DNA of 64,000 nucleotides from Pseudomonadota bacterium (GTDB lineage Bacteria; Pseudomonadota; Alphaproteobacteria; Rickettsiales; UBA6187): NCBI GenBank assembly GCA_027620075.1, contig JAQCEY010000007.1, positions 43,764 to 107,763 of the forward strand, read 5' to 3'. Shown piece by piece: positions 61,580 to 64,000 of this stretch (position 1 is its first letter; each line of letters starts with the position of its first letter). The notes under the pieces were generated by a model. It saw only the letters and a program-made list of their open reading frames with translations, ran no database searches and was not told where the DNA came from. The position numbers and the translations under genes were made by a program.

Positions 61580-62631
61580 TGACTAGTAAAGATGAAGGGA
61601 TTTCTGGCGGTAATGTATCCGAACCTAATGATACCAATGAAGTTGTTATTCCTTTCAGGAGGACCAGCTTCATTGTATTATTTTTCGGATTTATAGCCCT
61701 GTTAGTTGCCGGGCTGCCCTTGTGTGGTTTTGCTATTTCTCAGATTTCTTCGAAAGGTCTCACTGTTGGACCTGTACTAATACTTGTATTCTTCGCGTTC
61801 TTTCTGTGGTTATTATTGAGGTGCAGTAAAAGCAAAAACACGCCAGGTCTTGTTATTGATGAAAACGGTTACACTAACTATATCCATAAAGCACCAAAAG
61901 ATATTTTATGGAGCAGTGTTAAATATTTTGATGATGATTTGCTGTTAGAGCTTGGACGCATAAAAGTTCACACATTCGACAAAGAGACAAAGCAACTGGA
62001 AATACTGGATGTAATAAAATCTAGTAAGCTAAAAATTAATAACAGGAAGCTTTTTAAGTTATTGAGTGAGCGGCATAAAAATTATTTATTACACAACAAA
62101 AACGAAGTTTCAGAGTTAAAAAAGACAGAAGCACCCACAACAAGTGATATAAAACCAGAAGTTCAAAAGAAAGCTTCCGAGTTTATCAGTAAAATAAATT
62201 GGCCTTACCAGAAAGAAAACTCTAAAAAATACGATGAAATAGTTGGCAGAACTTTATCAAACGATGAAAAACTTATGGGTGTTTTTACCGGATGTAAACA
62301 TGTGGCGTTTGTCTGGTTCTTTATCGTTGGCCCTTTGGCACCTCTTGGCTATAGAAATTATTTAATTGCTGTAACGAGTAAAGCTATTCATTTTCATCTG
62401 CTTGGTTTTGTAGGCCAACACACAAACACGGATATTCTTAAATTTGATGAAATTAGGAATTTTAAAATTGGCCAGAGCAGAATAGTAATCAGACCTCAGC
62501 TATCATTTTATTTTAATAATGGCAATGAAATAGACCTTCAGGTTATAATAAAAAGTCGTGCAAAAAATAAAAATATATATCTTAATGAAGAAATCATTAA
62601 CCATCTGAAAAATAACATTCAGGAGGTGTAA
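61579..62631 (+). CDS. membrane protein with bacterial PH-like (YokE-type) regions, hypothetical
   Basis: Two N-terminal TM segments. C-terminal EKLMGVFTG...NYLIAVTSKAIHFHLLGF resembles YokE-like PH domains. TAATG-type overlaps on both sides. Confidence 0.4.
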   Translation: MTSKDEGISGGNVSEPNDTNEVVIPFRRTSFIVLFFGFIALLVAGLPLCGFAISQISSKGLTVGPVLILVFFAFFLWLLLRCSKSKNTPGLVIDENGYTNYIHKAPKDILWSSVKYFDDDLLLELGRIKVHTFDKETKQLEILDVIKSSKLKINNRKLFKLLSERHKNYLLHNKNEVSELKKTEAPTTSDIKPEVQKKASEFISKINWPYQKENSKKYDEIVGRTLSNDEKLMGVFTGCKHVAFVWFFIVGPLAPLGYRNYLIAVTSKAIHFHLLGFVGQHTNTDILKFDEIRNFKIGQSRIVIRPQLSFYFNNGNEIDLQVIIKSRAKNKNIYLNEEIINHLKNNIQEV

Positions 62632-64000
62632 TGTTTTATCTGATAACCGCAGCATATATATTATTTCTGGTATTATGGCGTCCGCAGCCAATAAGCTTGA
62701 AGGCTAAACCCCAAGGCTATTGGGAAAATATCAAGTCTGTAAAAGCAACGTTAATACTTGGTGTTATTTTAAGTATAACATTTTTGCTAACCTCGGGTTT
62801 TGGTTTTGAAAAAACAAGCAATAATTTTGCAATATTAGGAACTTCAAAAGAAGCATTCCTAAAATTAAATGCTTATTTCCAGATTGTTACCAGTAATTTT
62901 ATTCATATAAATTTACTGCACTTGGTTTCCAATCTTGCTGCTATTCTTTATCTTTCCAACTACGAAAGGCGAGTTGGAAGTGGGCGTTATATTGTAGTTT
63001 TTATTTTATCAGGCATTTTTGGGTTCTTGGCAGGAATGCCTTTTACCGACAGTAGTGCAGCTGGAGCATCTGCGGGAATATTCGGCCTGGCTGCGGCTCA
63101 TTTTACCGATCACCGAAATCTCTCAAAGAAAGAGTGGCTATATTCAATACTAGCATTTGCTTTTATCTCCATAATACTTAGCCTCCCTGATAAAAGTAGC
63201 GAATCCGAAGGATACCGTATCCATCATTGGGGACATTTCTTTGGTGCCGTTGGTGGTATAATATTCTGCAGATTATTTCCTATACCAGAAACTGACGGGG
63301 AAATAAGAAAACGTAAGAAATTTAGAATAGCGGTTGCAATAGCAATTCCAACATTTGTTGTTTTATCGCTTATTCCATTTGTTATGCAAATGGCTTCTTA
63401 TGGCAAGAAAACACAGGACTGTGCATCATTATATAGTGATAAAAAATATGAAGAAGCGTTTGAGTTTTGCAGTAAAGCTATTGGACCAGTGGCTGAGGGA
63501 ATGACTGCCCATATGTATCTCACTGGAAATGGTGTTACGCAAGATAAAAAGAAAGCTTTTGAAATAACAAAGAATCTTGCGTTTAGAGGGGATGTTAATG
63601 CCCAGTATACTGTTGCATATATGTATTACAGGGGTGATGGAGTTACAAAGAATCACAAAAGAGCATACAAATGGGGTAAGCTTGCTGCAGAACAAAATCA
63701 TGTAAAAGCGCAATTACTTTTATCGGAGATGAGTGTTCTTGGTAGAGGCGTAGGAATTGATTATAAGAACGCATATATGTGGTTAAAGTTAGCAGAAAAC
63801 ATTATTTTGCAAGGCAAGAGCCTTTTTGAACCAGACGTTGATATGAAGAAGGTAAAAGCTGATATTTCTGAAAGACTTCTTTCACTTGGCAAAAAACTTA
63901 CTTCTGAGCAATTAGTAGACGCGAATAAAAACATAAAAGAATGGAAACCTTCCTACAAGGAAGAAGATTTGGCTGCTTTATATAAAGAAGAAATGTCCGG
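62631..64000 (+). CDS. rhomboid-family intramembrane serine protease fused to Sel1/TPR-like repeats (3' end beyond the window)
   Basis: Absent from the ORF track because it has no stop in the window. My translation gives FIHINLLHLVSN (HxxxxHxxxN), GASAGIFG (GxSxG), HHWGHFFGAVGG, one further TM, then Sel1-like repeats (AHMYLTGNGVTQDKKKAF, AQYTVAYMYYRGDGVTKNHKRAYKW, GRGVGIDYKNAYMW). Confidence 0.75.
   Translation, partial: MFYLITAAYILFLVLWRPQPISLKAKPQGYWENIKSVKATLILGVILSITFLLTSGFGFEKTSNNFAILGTSKEAFLKLNAYFQIVTSNFIHINLLHLVSNLAAILYLSNYERRVGSGRYIVVFILSGIFGFLAGMPFTDSSAAGASAGIFGLAAAHFTDHRNLSKKEWLYSILAFAFISIILSLPDKSSESEGYRIHHWGHFFGAVGGIIFCRLFPIPETDGEIRKRKKFRIAVAIAIPTFVVLSLIPFVMQMASYGKKTQDCASLYSDKKYEEAFEFCSKAIGPVAEGMTAHMYLTGNGVTQDKKKAFEITKNLAFRGDVNAQYTVAYMYYRGDGVTKNHKRAYKWGKLAAEQNHVKAQLLLSEMSVLGRGVGIDYKNAYMWLKLAENIILQGKSLFEPDVDMKKVKADISERLLSLGKKLTSEQLVDANKNIKEWKPSYKEEDLAALYKEEMS

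Noticed and set aside
1-64000. CRISPR arrays, rRNA or tRNA genes.
   Set aside because: I saw no regularly spaced direct repeats or cloverleaf-compatible segments while reading the intergenic regions. The only tandem repeat is the 9-bp coding repeat at 26194-26220. A tRNAscan or CRISPR finder run would be needed to be certain.

Overview
AT-rich bacterial window, probably proteobacterial (LysR, Aas/LplT, EamA, PspA/YqiJK-type genes). I cannot place the species. All calls come from reading the ORF track and the DNA; no searches or computations were run. Layout: (1) 1-1557, prophage-like remnant (lysozyme 3' end, XRE regulator, YfiR-like lipoprotein). (2) 1956-19271, one co-directional, mostly overlapping run of small-molecule modification and efflux genes (2 ABC exporters, 4 EamA, 5 GNATs, 2 APH-like kinases, 2 methyltransferases, HAD, ABM, NUDIX, S66 peptidase), interrupted by an IS3-family element that splits a DUF4440 gene. 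(3) 19268-29200, a LysR gene divergent from an array of five proteins with unrelated enzymatic heads and one shared, mosaic C-terminal tail ending GG[AS]R[ED]I. I do not recognise this tail and rank it as the best candidate for something undescribed. (4) 29206-31093, GNAT-GNAT-APH(6)-like genes. (5) about 31.9-42.7 kb, an integrative island: large serine recombinase, DUF2924, DUF5681 and ParB-methylase, then an HTH gene coupled to a SPARTA system (TIR-APAZ plus short pAgo), followed 13 nt later by a Septu-like ATPase/HNH pair. (6) 42.7-56.3 kb, housekeeping or accessory genes including a lipase-LplT-Aas operon behind a TetR gene frameshifted in a homopolymer. (7) 56.3-64 kb, a membrane-stress cluster (RHH, PspA, YqiJ, TerB-like, flotillin) ending in a rhomboid-Sel1 fusion that runs off the window. 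I also report small unlisted ORFs, candidate operators and a conserved two-copy leader element.
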